From: Nitrospiraceae bacterium UBA2600
GTDB lineage: Bacteria; Nitrospirota; Thermodesulfovibrionia; Thermodesulfovibrionales; Thermodesulfovibrionaceae
Direction of reading: 5' to 3'
Assembly (NCBI GenBank): GCA_002339325.1
Contig: DDKK01000031.1
Coordinates: 22,632-86,631, forward strand
DNA: 64,000 nucleotides
The notes beneath the pieces are model-generated. The model searched no databases, was not told the origin of the DNA, and saw only the letters and a program-made list of their open reading frames with translations. Both the position numbers and the translations under genes were made by a program. Shown piece by piece: positions 41,132 through 51,480 of this stretch. How positions within the stretch are numbered: the stretch's first letter is position 1; the number at the start of each line of letters is the position of its first letter.

Positions 41132-42358
41132 ATGAAGAATAGTATTAGATTTTTAATAGAAAGAGTGAATATTTACCTAAAGCTTAAATATCCTATACTT
41201 TCGCTCTTTTTTCATAAAATATTTATAATATTTATATCGATTTTAATTGTTATTTTTATTTTTTTTACTTTTGCAATAGATTTTCAAGGTATATTAAGTA
41301 ATTTTTTTGCTTCCTTTTTGTATAGTTTTTTTATTTTTATAATTCTTATTCTAATTATCACTTTTAAATCAATCTCTTATACTAAGCCAATAGGTATAAA
41401 TTCAAAAAATTCAATTTTATCAATTAAGGAATATCAGTATTTTTTAGATTTAACTAACTTAAAAATAGAAAAGATAGAATTTGACATTGAAAATATTACC
41501 AAAATAAAACAATTAGACGATTTTTTATACGTCAAAACCTTTATAGATTTCCTCCCTTTTGATAAAAAAGAACTTTTTATGATAGAAGCTGGAAATCTTG
41601 ATATTCCAAAATTAACTTTAGAGTCTATAAATATTTCTAATGGGAATTGTCTTAAATTAAAGGTATCAAGTTGCTCTTTTTTTTGCATTTACTACACTCA
41701 TTACTTCGCTGATTATATTTTTTCATCTTCTTCAAATATGGAGAATACAAAAGAAGAAAATACCCTTAAAAACCTTATAGGCAGGAATGTATCAAAAATT
41801 TTATTAGATAATATTGTTAACTTCTCAAAAAACAAAAATTTTTCTTTACCATCTTTATTACCAAATCCACTTGGAATTACTGGAATTATTCAAATTGGAG
41901 ACAAATATATAATAAGAAAAAGGAATAAAAGAGTAATTTCTGAAATGGATACTTACGATTGGTCATTCTCTGGGCTAATAGATTCTCATGATTTTTTATA
42001 TGAATACTATTCTGGCATTAAAGTAATTGATATATTAAAAATAATTGAAAAAGAAATAATAGATGAGCTTAATTTACCTATAAAATTTGAAAATTTAAAT
42101 GATTATATTATTGGTATTCTTCCATTAGGAATAGTATTTAATGAAAAATATCTTTATCAACCCGAGTTAATATTATATTTAAATTTAAAAGAAAAGATTC
42201 TAAATTATCTTGACTTTAAAGAATTAAGTATTAAATTATATTCAATTGAAGAAATAAAAATAAATATATTTAAAGAGTATGAAATAGGAAATAAAAAAAT
42301 AAAAAATTTATTTGTAATTAGTTTTGAATTATTAAATAATTTTCTAAAAAATAAGTAA
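41132..42358 (+). CDS. Very AT-rich hypothetical protein, two N-terminal TM helices + Nudix-like domain
   Basis: 408-aa uninterrupted ORF; two hydrophobic segments; PNPLGITGII..IIRKR..WSFSGLID..KEIIDELNL..QPE resembles a divergent Nudix fold. Confidence 0.6.
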   Translation: MKNSIRFLIERVNIYLKLKYPILSLFFHKIFIIFISILIVIFIFFTFAIDFQGILSNFFASFLYSFFIFIILILIITFKSISYTKPIGINSKNSILSIKEYQYFLDLTNLKIEKIEFDIENITKIKQLDDFLYVKTFIDFLPFDKKELFMIEAGNLDIPKLTLESINISNGNCLKLKVSSCSFFCIYYTHYFADYIFSSSSNMENTKEENTLKNLIGRNVSKILLDNIVNFSKNKNFSLPSLLPNPLGITGIIQIGDKYIIRKRNKRVISEMDTYDWSFSGLIDSHDFLYEYYSGIKVIDILKIIEKEIIDELNLPIKFENLNDYIIGILPLGIVFNEKYLYQPELILYLNLKEKILNYLDFKELSIKLYSIEEIKINIFKEYEIGNKKIKNLFVISFELLNNFLKNK

Positions 42359-42432
42359 TTAGTTGGACAATTATTTCAATTTTTTAAAGGCTTGTGATAT
42401 ACTTAAAAACTTTTATTTATTTGAGGTGCTAT

Positions 42433-44679
42433 ATGAAAAAAATAAATATTATTCTCGTTTTTTTATTCCTTTTTTTTACAACTAATCTATACTCTCAAGA
42501 ACTACCTATTGTCACTTCAATTGAAATTAAAGGACTTAAACGAATTGAAGAAGCAGCGGTAAAAAATAAAATATCTCTTAAACTTGGGGAAACTATCTCG
42601 CAGGATAAGATTTCAGAAGACATAAAGGCTATTTACAAAATGGGTTATTTTGAAGATGTAAAGGTTGACATAGAACCATTTGAAGGGGGCGTTAAGGTAA
42701 TTTACTCTGTGAAAGAAAAGCCCACAATTGTAAAAGTAAGTTTTGAGGGAAATAAAGAGTATGACGAAGAAAAATTAAAAGAGGTTGTAACAATTACAGC
42801 AGGGTCTATAGCAGATGTAACACTCATAAATGATAATGCTCTAAGATTAAAGTCTTTTTATGAATCTGAAGGTTATTATTTCGCTAAAGTAATACCTGTT
42901 TTAAAGAAGAAAACCGATGAAGAAGTTGAATTAACTTATGTTATTGAAGAAAACAACAAGGTGAAAATAAAAGAGATTAAGTTTACTGGTAATAAGGCCA
43001 TATCCAGCAGTAAAATTAAAAAAGTCATGTCAACAACAGAGAGAAAGTTCTATTCTTTCATAACGGGAAGCGGTTTTTATAAAAAAATAGAGATGTTACA
43101 GGATATTGAAAAAATAAAAGACCTATATTACGACAATGGATATTTGAAAGTGTCTGTAGGTGAACCAAAGCTCGAATTTTCTTCAGACAAAAAATGGATG
43201 ACCATAACAATACCAATTTCAGAGGGGCCTCAATTTAAAGTAAGCTCTCTTAAGGTAACGGGAACAAAAGACAAAAAGGAAGAAGAGGATATAAAACAGT
43301 TAATCAAACTAAAAGCTGGAGATATCTTCAGTAAAGGAAAAATGAGAAAGGATATTGAAGCAATTACCTCCTACTACTCTGACAGAGGATATGCTCTTGC
43401 CTCTGTATCGCCAGATGTAATTCCTAATGAAGAAAAAATAACCGCTGAGGTTATATACAACATTAAAACAGGAGACAAATTTACAATTGGAAGAGTTAAC
43501 ATAGCAGGTAATACAAAAACTATAGACAAAGTCATAAGAAGAGAAGTAAGGCTTGACGAAGGAGAAGAATACTCAGCCTCAAAGATAAACAAGAGCAAGA
43601 AGAGACTTGAAGACCTTCAGTACTTTGAAACCGTTGATATAAACCAGAAACCAGACCCAGACAAAAAAACCGTAGACCTTGATGTAACCGTTAAGGAAAA
43701 GGCCACAGGATTCTTAACAGTCGGCGGAGGATACAGTTCAATAGACAATCTTATAGGAATGGTTGACGTAACCCAAACAAATCTTTTCGGCAGAGGTTAT
43801 TCTCTAACTCTCAGAGGTGAACTCGGAGGAAAAAGCTCTTACTACACAATTGCCTTCCGAGACCCCTGGTTCATGGATAAGCCACTTCTTTTTGGATTTA
43901 ATATTTACAGACAAAAAAGAGAGTATACAAACTATACAAAAGACGGTACTGGCTTGGCTATAACATTCGGAAAAAGATATGGAGAAGACTGGTCTGCATC
44001 GGTAACCTATGAAATTGAAAAATCAAAAGTTACAGACGTAGCAACCGATGCTGATACGATAATAAAGGATATGGAAGGCAATTTAATAACCAGTTCAGTG
44101 ACTTTCCAAATAGTAAACGACACCAGAGACAGCTATATTGACCCCTCAAAAGGAAGAAGGCATTCATTAAGCATTACAACAGCAGGGCTTGGTGGAGACA
44201 CTGGTTTTTGGAAAAGTATGCTCGATATGGGCTGGTACATACCAGTCTTTGAAGAATCCACCCTTCACTTAAGAGGAAGAATTGGTTGGTCCGATACTCT
44301 TTTTGGAAAGAAATATCCTCTTTATGAGAGATTCTATATTGGTGGTCTCGATACAATCAGAGGGCTCGGATATGGAGAGGCTGGACCAAAGGATAGTAAA
44401 AATGACCCGATTGGAGCTAAAAAAGCAATAATTGGAAACATAGAATACCTATTCCCTATAGTCACGGAGATGAAGCTTAAGGGGTTGATATTCTTTGACA
44501 TAGGAAAGGGTTACGATGAAGGAGAAAAGTTTGGTTCAAACATTAAGTATTCAACGGGCTTTGGCTTTAGATGGTTCTCTCCTATGGGACCAATAAAAAT
44601 TGACTACGGAATCAATCTAAACAGAAAAGAGGGTGAGTCGAAATCAAAAATTGAGTTTGGGTTTGGTTCATTTTTTTAA
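42433..44679 (+). CDS. bamA: Outer membrane protein assembly factor BamA
   Basis: Signal peptide, POTRA repeats, GNTKTIDKVIRRE, IRGL (VRGF variant), C-terminal FGFGSFF; start after GAGGTG SD. Confidence 0.95.
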   Translation: MKKINIILVFLFLFFTTNLYSQELPIVTSIEIKGLKRIEEAAVKNKISLKLGETISQDKISEDIKAIYKMGYFEDVKVDIEPFEGGVKVIYSVKEKPTIVKVSFEGNKEYDEEKLKEVVTITAGSIADVTLINDNALRLKSFYESEGYYFAKVIPVLKKKTDEEVELTYVIEENNKVKIKEIKFTGNKAISSSKIKKVMSTTERKFYSFITGSGFYKKIEMLQDIEKIKDLYYDNGYLKVSVGEPKLEFSSDKKWMTITIPISEGPQFKVSSLKVTGTKDKKEEEDIKQLIKLKAGDIFSKGKMRKDIEAITSYYSDRGYALASVSPDVIPNEEKITAEVIYNIKTGDKFTIGRVNIAGNTKTIDKVIRREVRLDEGEEYSASKINKSKKRLEDLQYFETVDINQKPDPDKKTVDLDVTVKEKATGFLTVGGGYSSIDNLIGMVDVTQTNLFGRGYSLTLRGELGGKSSYYTIAFRDPWFMDKPLLFGFNIYRQKREYTNYTKDGTGLAITFGKRYGEDWSASVTYEIEKSKVTDVATDADTIIKDMEGNLITSSVTFQIVNDTRDSYIDPSKGRRHSLSITTAGLGGDTGFWKSMLDMGWYIPVFEESTLHLRGRIGWSDTLFGKKYPLYERFYIGGLDTIRGLGYGEAGPKDSKNDPIGAKKAIIGNIEYLFPIVTEMKLKGLIFFDIGKGYDEGEKFGSNIKYSTGFGFRWFSPMGPIKIDYGINLNRKEGESKSKIEFGFGSFF

Positions 44680-44705
44680 AATAAAATCAAAACAGGGAGG
44701 ATGTA

Positions 44706-45242
44706 ATGAAGAAGATTTTGTTGTTTTTTCTAATTTTAGGATTTATAATGACATTCTATACTCCTTCATATGCAGAATTGAAAGTTGGAGTTGTCGACCT
44801 TTACAGAGTTTTGAATGAATCCGAAGAAGGCAAAAAAGCAGTCAATGAACTTCAAAGTATGCTTGATTCAAGACAGAAAACTTTAGAGGAAAAACAAAAG
44901 AAAATCCAGACACTTAAAGAAGAATACGACAAAAAAAAGGCAGTTCTAAGTGAAGATGCTCGAAAATCAAAGGAAGAGGAAATAGAGCGTCTCGGTAGAG
45001 AACTTCAGAGAACAGCAGCAGACTATCAGGTTGAACTTCAGAAGAAACAAAATGAAATAACCCAAAGCATGCTTAAAGAAATAAGACAAATTATCAATGA
45101 CTTTGCCCAAAAAGAAGGTTATAACTTGATTTTTGAGAAAGCAGAACAATTAATAATTTACACGACAAAGGAAGTGGATATTACAGATAAAATCATTGCC
45201 CTCTTTAATCAGAAAACCTCTACGCCTAAAGGTAAAAAATGA
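44706..45242 (+). CDS. skp: Periplasmic chaperone Skp/OmpH
   Basis: KVGVVD, coiled-coil body, DITDKII; follows bamA. Confidence 0.88.
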   Translation: MKKILLFFLILGFIMTFYTPSYAELKVGVVDLYRVLNESEEGKKAVNELQSMLDSRQKTLEEKQKKIQTLKEEYDKKKAVLSEDARKSKEEEIERLGRELQRTAADYQVELQKKQNEITQSMLKEIRQIINDFAQKEGYNLIFEKAEQLIIYTTKEVDITDKIIALFNQKTSTPKGKK

Positions 45243-46258
45243 AATTATCCGAAATAGCTGAAATTTTTAATGGGAAAATTGAGGGAGACTCTAATATTGA
45301 AATCTCAGGTGTCAGGGGAATAGATGAGGCAGGAGAAGGAGACATAACCTATCTTGCCTCAAATAAAAACTTAGAGAAACTAAAAAATAGCAAAGCTTCT
45401 GCTGTAATTGTAAAAGAAAAAATTGAAAATTTTTCAGGAGCGCAACTAATCGTTGAATTTCCCCAGCTTGTATTTTCAAGACTTCTAAAACTTTTCTATA
45501 TCAAACCCTATCAGTCTTCAGGAATAAGTGATAAAGCCTTTGTCTCGGAGAGCTCTAAAATCAGCCCGAATGTTTCAATCTATCCCTTCTCTTATATTGA
45601 TGACGAGGTGGAGATAGGAGAAAACACTGTCATATACCCTTTTACCTTTATAGGAAGAGGAAGCAAAATTGGAGCTAACTGCATAATATATCCAAATGTA
45701 ACAATACGAGAAGGAACAAAAATAGGAAACAGAGTGATTATTCACTCTGGAGCAGTGATTGGTTCAGATGGTTTTGGCTATATTTTCCACGAAGGAAAGC
45801 ACGAAAAAATTCCACAAATTGGAACAGTTGTGGTGGAAGATGATGTAGAGATTGGCGCAAATACATCCATTGATAGAGCTACAACTGGAGAAACTGTAAT
45901 AGGAAAAGGAACCAAAATAGACAACCTCGTTCAGATAGCTCACAATGTAAAAATCGGACAGAACTGTATATTGGTTGCACAAGTCGGTATAGCTGGAAGT
46001 TCGAAAATTGGAGATGGCTGTATACTGGCAGGACAAGTAGGAATATCAGACCATGTGGAAATCGAAGGAGGAACGATAATAACTGCCCAATCCGGCGTAA
46101 TGCCTGGGAAGGTTGAAAAAGGGATTTTTTCAGGTTCTCCTATAATGCCTCATAGAGAGTGGCTAAAGTCAAATGCTATATTCCAAAAACTTCCAGAACT
46201 TTATAGAAAATTAAAAGAACTGGAGGAGAAAATAAAGAAACTGGAGGAGAAAGAATGA
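45239..46258 (+). CDS. lpxD: LpxD N-acyltransferase
   Basis: Hexapeptide repeats, [21 protein letters not shown]. Confidence 0.96.
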   Translation: MKLSEIAEIFNGKIEGDSNIEISGVRGIDEAGEGDITYLASNKNLEKLKNSKASAVIVKEKIENFSGAQLIVEFPQLVFSRLLKLFYIKPYQSSGISDKAFVSESSKISPNVSIYPFSYIDDEVEIGENTVIYPFTFIGRGSKIGANCIIYPNVTIREGTKIGNRVIIHSGAVIGSDGFGYIFHEGKHEKIPQIGTVVVEDDVEIGANTSIDRATTGETVIGKGTKIDNLVQIAHNVKIGQNCILVAQVGIAGSSKIGDGCILAGQVGISDHVEIEGGTIITAQSGVMPGKVEKGIFSGSPIMPHREWLKSNAIFQKLPELYRKLKELEEKIKKLEEKE

Positions 46259-46677
46259 TTGATATCAAAGAAATTATGAATTTTCTACCTCACAGATACC
46301 CATTTCTTTTAGTGGACAGAATAGTTGACCTTATTCCTAATGAGAAAATCATTGGTCTAAAAAATGTAACAATTAATGAACCTTTCTTTCAGGGACATTT
46401 TCCGGGTAATCCAGTAATGCCAGGTGTTCTAATTGTTGAGGCCATGGCACAGGTAGCAGGTGTTCTCGCCTTCAAATCGGGCATCGAAGGAAAAGGAGTT
46501 CTTTTCATGAGCATTGAAAAGGTAAAATTTCGCAAGCCTATTGTGCCAGGAGACCAGATAATATTTGAAGTAAGTGTCATGCACAGACGCAGTAATGTCT
46601 GGAAATTTTCCGGTATAGCTAAAGTAGACGAAAAAGTAGTCACAGAAGCAGAATTTACCGCAATGGTAACAAAGTGA
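46255..46677 (+). CDS. fabZ: 3-hydroxyacyl-ACP dehydratase
   Basis: [29 protein letters not shown]. Confidence 0.97.
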   Translation: MIDIKEIMNFLPHRYPFLLVDRIVDLIPNEKIIGLKNVTINEPFFQGHFPGNPVMPGVLIVEAMAQVAGVLAFKSGIEGKGVLFMSIEKVKFRKPIVPGDQIIFEVSVMHRRSNVWKFSGIAKVDEKVVTEAEFTAMVTK

Positions 46678-46688
46678 GGTGATACGTA

Positions 46689-47465
46689 ATGTCAAAAATC
46701 CATAAAACAGCTGTAATTAGTCCAAAAGCAGAAATAGCCGAAGACGTTACCATAGGACCATACTGCATAATAGGTGACAGTGTTAAAATAAAAAGCGGCA
46801 CAAAGCTCATAAGCAATATCCAGATTGAGGGAATTACAGAAATAGGTGAAAACTGCACTATCTTTCCATTTACAACCATAGGCTTTCCGCCTCAGGACCT
46901 CAAATATAAGGGAGAACCTACAGGTGTAAAGATTGGAGATAATAACACCATAAGAGAATATGTAACTATCCACAGAGCCTCTGTATCTGGAGACGGATGG
47001 ACGTCAATCGGAAACAACAACTTCATAATGGCCTATGTCCACATTGCCCATGACTGCAAAATCGGCAATTCGGTTATAATGGCCAATCTTGCAACACTGG
47101 CTGGACATGTTACTGTTGAAGATTTCGCTTTTATAGGAGGTCTTGTAGCAGTTCATCAATTTACAAGAATCGGAGCATATGCAATGGTCGGAGGATTTAG
47201 TGGCATTGGGCAGGACATACCGCCCTATACAATGGCCTCAGGGCCAAGGGCAAAGCTCTATGGTCTTAACACTGTTGGTTTAAAAAGAAGAGGTTTCAGC
47301 GATGAAACCATCAACATTCTCAAAAAAGCCTATAAAATTCTTTTTAGGGACAAAATGTCTCTAAAAGAGGCAATTGAAAAGGTAAAAAAAGAACTTCCTC
47401 AAATCCCAGAGGTAATTCATCTTTTAGATTTCATTGAGGCAAACAAAAGAGGCATATGCAGATAG
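46689..47465 (+). CDS. lpxA: UDP-GlcNAc acyltransferase
   Basis: IHKTA, PQDLKYKGE, IREYVTIHR, HIAHDC, HQF. Confidence 0.97.
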   Translation: MSKIHKTAVISPKAEIAEDVTIGPYCIIGDSVKIKSGTKLISNIQIEGITEIGENCTIFPFTTIGFPPQDLKYKGEPTGVKIGDNNTIREYVTIHRASVSGDGWTSIGNNNFIMAYVHIAHDCKIGNSVIMANLATLAGHVTVEDFAFIGGLVAVHQFTRIGAYAMVGGFSGIGQDIPPYTMASGPRAKLYGLNTVGLKRRGFSDETINILKKAYKILFRDKMSLKEAIEKVKKELPQIPEVIHLLDFIEANKRGICR

Positions 47466-48265
47466 GAATTATTGCAGCACAGGGCCGCCTTCCCGTATTA
47501 ATAGCAAAAGAATTAAAGGAAAAAGGATTTAAGATTGCCACTATAGGACTTGAGCAACTGGCAAGTGATGAGCTTAGAGATGTAAGCGATATTTTTCAGT
47601 CCATAAACATTGGGCAGGCTGGAAAAATAATTGATTTTCTCAAAAAAAACAATATTAAAGAACTCATTCTAACGGGAAAATTCCCTAAAAATCTAATTTT
47701 TCAGAGGGAGAAAATAAAGCCCGACTTAAAAGCAATGAAAATGCTGTTTTCTGCAAGCTTAAGAGGAGACAATGAGTTATTAAAACTTATAGACAAAGAA
47801 CTCCAGAAAGAAGGTATAAAAATAGTAGAAATCGGAAAAATATGTCCTGAATTGCTAACTCCCGAGGGAGTTCTAACGAGAAGAAAGCCCACTAAAGATG
47901 AATGGAGCGACATAGAGTATGGTTTTAAAATAGCAAAAAAAATTGGAGAACTTGATATAGGTCAAACAGTTGTAGTTAAGGAGAAATCTGTAATTGCTGT
48001 AGAGGCAATTGAAGGAACTGATGAAACTATTCTCAGAGCCGGTAAATATGTGAATGATTTTACCGTAGTAAAGACCAGCAAACCTCAGCAGGAATTAAAA
48101 CTTGACCCACCAGTTGCTGGAATGGATACAATAATTATTATGAGAGAAGCTAAAGCTTCCGTATTAGCAGTTGAAGCTGGCAGAAGCCTTTTGGTAGAGA
48201 GAGAGGCATTGGTAAAAAAGGCAAATGAGCTAAATATTGCTGTAGTAGGTGTCAGTCACAGTTGA
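47456..48265 (+). CDS. lpxI: UDP-2,3-diacylglucosamine pyrophosphatase LpxI
   Basis: GIIAAQGRLP, DIGQTVV, AVEAIEGTD, KPQQ...DPP; follows lpxA. Confidence 0.9.
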   Translation: MQIGIIAAQGRLPVLIAKELKEKGFKIATIGLEQLASDELRDVSDIFQSINIGQAGKIIDFLKKNNIKELILTGKFPKNLIFQREKIKPDLKAMKMLFSASLRGDNELLKLIDKELQKEGIKIVEIGKICPELLTPEGVLTRRKPTKDEWSDIEYGFKIAKKIGELDIGQTVVVKEKSVIAVEAIEGTDETILRAGKYVNDFTVVKTSKPQQELKLDPPVAGMDTIIIMREAKASVLAVEAGRSLLVEREALVKKANELNIAVVGVSHS

Positions 48266-49284
48266 ATATATTTGCCAGCATAAATGATTCTCTAAAAACG
48301 GTTCATCGAAATTATCAACTCCTATTCATCCATTTTTTATTTCTTTTTATTGCTTTTTTTGGGCTGTTTTTCATCTTAAGCATTCCCTTAGGAGTTCTCT
48401 TCGTAGTATTTGGAATAGACCTTACAGATATCCTAAAAGGTAGCTTTATTGAAATTGTTCTTTCCTCTCTAAAACTTTTGAAAAAATTTCTTATTTTTGC
48501 AGTCATTTTTCTGTTAACTCTATTCGTTTATCTAATTCTCGTTGCCGGTCTGTGGGTATATATTTTTTCGGGCACTCTTGGTATAATGAGTGCTTATTTA
48601 CAGGAAGGTTTTCCTTTTAAACTCAGAAATTTTCACAGATTTGGCAAAAACTACTTCTGGAAAGTCGGCCTATTCAGCATATTTTCAGCATTGACTTTTA
48701 TTCTAATTACAGGAGTCCTCATTTTTTTAGGAGAAATAACCTCTGAATTTGTAGAGTTAATAGGAAAATACAGCCATGCTCTTTCAACATTTTCCAGCGT
48801 CTTTATACATCTCACCCTGCTAATACTTAGCGTTTTAGCCTTTCTTCTCTGGATAACCTATTCTCTATTTGGTTTTTATGGATTCTTTATAAAAAAATTC
48901 TCTGTTCGAGAGACCATCGTTAGAACAAAAGACATAATTATGAAAAATCCAGCTTCTCTCGGAAGAGCGGGGTTACTATTTGTAATGTACATTCTAATGG
49001 GTGGAGTGCTTCTTTCGATTGGCTCTTTGCTGGCCATTATACCTCATGTAGGAACAATAATGGCAGCAATTTATCAGTTTTTTATTCAATTTGCTCATAT
49101 TTATATCAGTCTTGTTGTCCTTGCAGCATTCTTTTCATACTACATAAACTTTACTAAAGAGAACGAGGAAAGAGAACTTTCTGATAATATCTCTCTCGGA
49201 GAAGCTTCTCTGCAAGAGCCAGTTCCTCGTCAGTCAGAGAACCCACCTCAAAGTCAAATCCCTCCTCCTTCAGAGCCAGCTTAA
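48262..49284 (+). CDS. Hypothetical multi-pass membrane protein
   Basis: About 6-7 hydrophobic segments; GTGA overlap with lpxI. Confidence 0.7.
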   Translation: MNIFASINDSLKTVHRNYQLLFIHFLFLFIAFFGLFFILSIPLGVLFVVFGIDLTDILKGSFIEIVLSSLKLLKKFLIFAVIFLLTLFVYLILVAGLWVYIFSGTLGIMSAYLQEGFPFKLRNFHRFGKNYFWKVGLFSIFSALTFILITGVLIFLGEITSEFVELIGKYSHALSTFSSVFIHLTLLILSVLAFLLWITYSLFGFYGFFIKKFSVRETIVRTKDIIMKNPASLGRAGLLFVMYILMGGVLLSIGSLLAIIPHVGTIMAAIYQFFIQFAHIYISLVVLAAFFSYYINFTKENEERELSDNISLGEASLQEPVPRQSENPPQSQIPPPSEPA

Positions 49285-49924
49285 TATTTCTCTGAAAAAC
49301 CGATATATCAAAGTTGTCACACAACTCTTCTATACCAAAAATCTTATCTGCTTCTGAGGAAGAACTTTTAAAAACTGCTTTTAAAAGTTCTCTGTTCACA
49401 GTTATAGGAATAGTTCCCTGCTGAAGAAATCCGTCAGTCCATCTTTTCTGAGCAGAACCGATGATTTTTATATCTTTAAAACAGATTTCGCCAAAAGATG
49501 AAAGGGCAAAACACAGAGAACTTTTGTTGTAGCTTCTCTTTTCTCTCTTTATTTCAACGGAAATTCCTGTGAGTATAAAGGCCTTAGCGAATATTTGACT
49601 TAACGTTTCATAATTATGAAAAAGATTTCCTCTAAACCGGCCTTCCTTTTTAGCTGAAAAGCTATAGGTTAAGTCATTGTAGTGGAGAATTCCCTTGCCT
49701 CCTGTAGGTCTTCTGACTATGTCTATTTTCATCTGAAGGCAAGATTCGTAGTTAACTTCATCGAGCTTTTGAAACTCACCAAGAGTTATCGCCATTTTTT
49801 CCCATCCGTAGAGTCTCAAAGTAGGTGGCACAACGTCCTTCCTTACAAGGCTGCTTATTGCTTCATCAACTGCCATGTTGAAAAAAGGGTCAAAAGGCTG
49901 GTATTCGATGAGACGAATTAGCAT
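49154..49924 (-). CDS. Lipoate-protein ligase / octanoyltransferase (LplA/LipM family)
   Basis: NMAVDEA, TLRLYGW, VRRPTGG, KIIGSAQ, LQQGTI. Confidence 0.9.
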   Translation of the reverse strand: MLIRLIEYQPFDPFFNMAVDEAISSLVRKDVVPPTLRLYGWEKMAITLGEFQKLDEVNYESCLQMKIDIVRRPTGGKGILHYNDLTYSFSAKKEGRFRGNLFHNYETLSQIFAKAFILTGISVEIKREKRSYNKSSLCFALSSFGEICFKDIKIIGSAQKRWTDGFLQQGTIPITVNRELLKAVFKSSSSEADKIFGIEELCDNFDISVFQRNIKLALKEEGFDFEVGSLTDEELALAEKLLRERYYQKVLFPRSL

Positions 49925-49939
49925 GAATTATTTAAATGA

Positions 49940-50134
49940 TTATTCCTTTTCCTCTTCCAGAAGAATCTTGTGATTAAGTAATGACATCTCTTTTATTTTT
50001 CCCCTGAAGACCTTCTGTTCTCCAAAGATGTTGCGAAGATATATGTTTTTTCCCTCGGGTCTTAGAATGTCTACAGCTTCAAGATAAATCTCCTCTTCTC
50101 CATTTTTAATTACATATGCATTTGCCTCACACAT
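49940..50134 (-). CDS. CooT-family nickel-binding protein
   Basis: MCEANAY start, NIFGEQK, NHKILL; 64 aa. Confidence 0.85.
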   Translation of the reverse strand: MCEANAYVIKNGEEEIYLEAVDILRPEGKNIYLRNIFGEQKVFRGKIKEMSLLNHKILLEEEKE

Positions 50135-50543
50135 TGAACTCCTCCTTTATATGAAGGATAAGTTTTTCCACAAGATGTGGAAGTGGTTCTTTTAAAAAGC
50201 CTACTATATCAATTCCTTCCTGATTTATTGGAAGAAGTATTTTTTTAGCCTCAGAACTTCCAATAGCCTCTGCCATTGCTGCTGTTAGTTCTCCCATCAT
50301 AGCATTTGCAACTATAATGCTGAGAGGACCAAGTATTAGATCAACTCTCTTAACATTCCATATAATCGCATTTTCGCCCGATGCGCCCTTATTTGCCTTA
50401 GCCTTCATCATGTTTGCTGTGGCTGCTGCATTTGTTCCAAGGGCGACAATCTCTATCTTATCGCCAAAGGTCTCCCTCAAAGATTTGATTATAAAACTTC
50501 CTATTCCTCCACCTTGACCATCAATTACTGCAACTTTTAGCAT
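50127..50543 (-). CDS. DUF3842-family protein
   Basis: VIDGQGGGIG, ALGTNAAAT, GASGENA, NAMMGELT. Confidence 0.85.
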   Translation of the reverse strand: MLKVAVIDGQGGGIGSFIIKSLRETFGDKIEIVALGTNAAATANMMKAKANKGASGENAIIWNVKRVDLILGPLSIIVANAMMGELTAAMAEAIGSSEAKKILLPINQEGIDIVGFLKEPLPHLVEKLILHIKEEFNV

Positions 50544-50583
50544 AACGTTAAGATTAGTAAATTTTATAGATAAATGTCAAACT

Positions 50584-51216
50584 CTAAAGCTTACTGCCTG
50601 GACAGATATCATTCAATGGACATTTAGAGTGTTGTGGATTTTTAGCTTTACAAATCTCTCTTCCGAGCATTATGAGAAGATGAGATATCTCTCCCCAGTA
50701 TTCACGAGGGGTTATCTCCATTAAATCTCTTTCAATTTTTTCTGGGTCGGTGTTTTCTGTAAGACCCAAGAGCTTTGAAATTCTCTTTACATGCGTATCA
50801 ACAGCAATCCCCTCATTAATTCCATAAGCGTTCCACAATACTATGTTGGCAGTTTTTCTTCCCACGCCTGGCAGAGTTATCAATTCATCAATCCTTTTTG
50901 GGACTTCACCATTAAAACGGTCAATTAACTCTTTTGCCAGATTTTTGATGTACTTGGCTTTATTTTTGTAATAATTAATGCTTCTGATATCACTCTCAAG
51001 TTCGCCTTCTGCTGCGTTTGCATAGTCAGAGGCAGTTTTGTATTTTCTGAAAAGCTTCTCCGTAACCTTGTTAACATTAACATCTGTTGTCTGAGCAGAA
51101 AGTATGGTTGCAATCAATAAATCTAAAGGAGATGTAAAATTAAGAGCTGTTTTTACATTTGGATATCTCTTTTGAAGCCTTCTTATTATTTCAAGAATTT
51201 TTTCTCTCTTGTCCAT
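50584..51216 (-). CDS. nth: Endonuclease III
   Basis: LLIATILSAQTTD, LPGVGRKTAN, VDTHV, C-terminal Fe-S motif variant. Confidence 0.95.
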   Translation of the reverse strand: MDKREKILEIIRRLQKRYPNVKTALNFTSPLDLLIATILSAQTTDVNVNKVTEKLFRKYKTASDYANAAEGELESDIRSINYYKNKAKYIKNLAKELIDRFNGEVPKRIDELITLPGVGRKTANIVLWNAYGINEGIAVDTHVKRISKLLGLTENTDPEKIERDLMEITPREYWGEISHLLIMLGREICKAKNPQHSKCPLNDICPGSKL

Positions 51217-51480
51217 ATTCAGCTCAATGAAAAATTATATCACAATTCTTAAAAAGTTTTCTTTTCTTAATACAAACAGAAGGCCTTTCAATAATTAAGA
51301 GTCATTATTGATAAAGTTCATTTAGAAATGATTAATAATGTTACCAAAATAAACAAAATTAAGTTGCCAAAAGTAACACAAATAAGTTTCCGCTTAGCAA
51401 ACACATTGAAAATAAATGAAAATTATCTTGGCATTAAATTTGTGTAGATTATTCTAAAATTTTTACTCAGGGAGGTATAA

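Noticed and set aside
41110-42379. Imperfect inverted repeats (41110-41123, 42365-42379) flanking the AT-rich gene
   Set aside because: Gapped match in very AT-rich DNA, overlaps the bamA -35, and no target duplication
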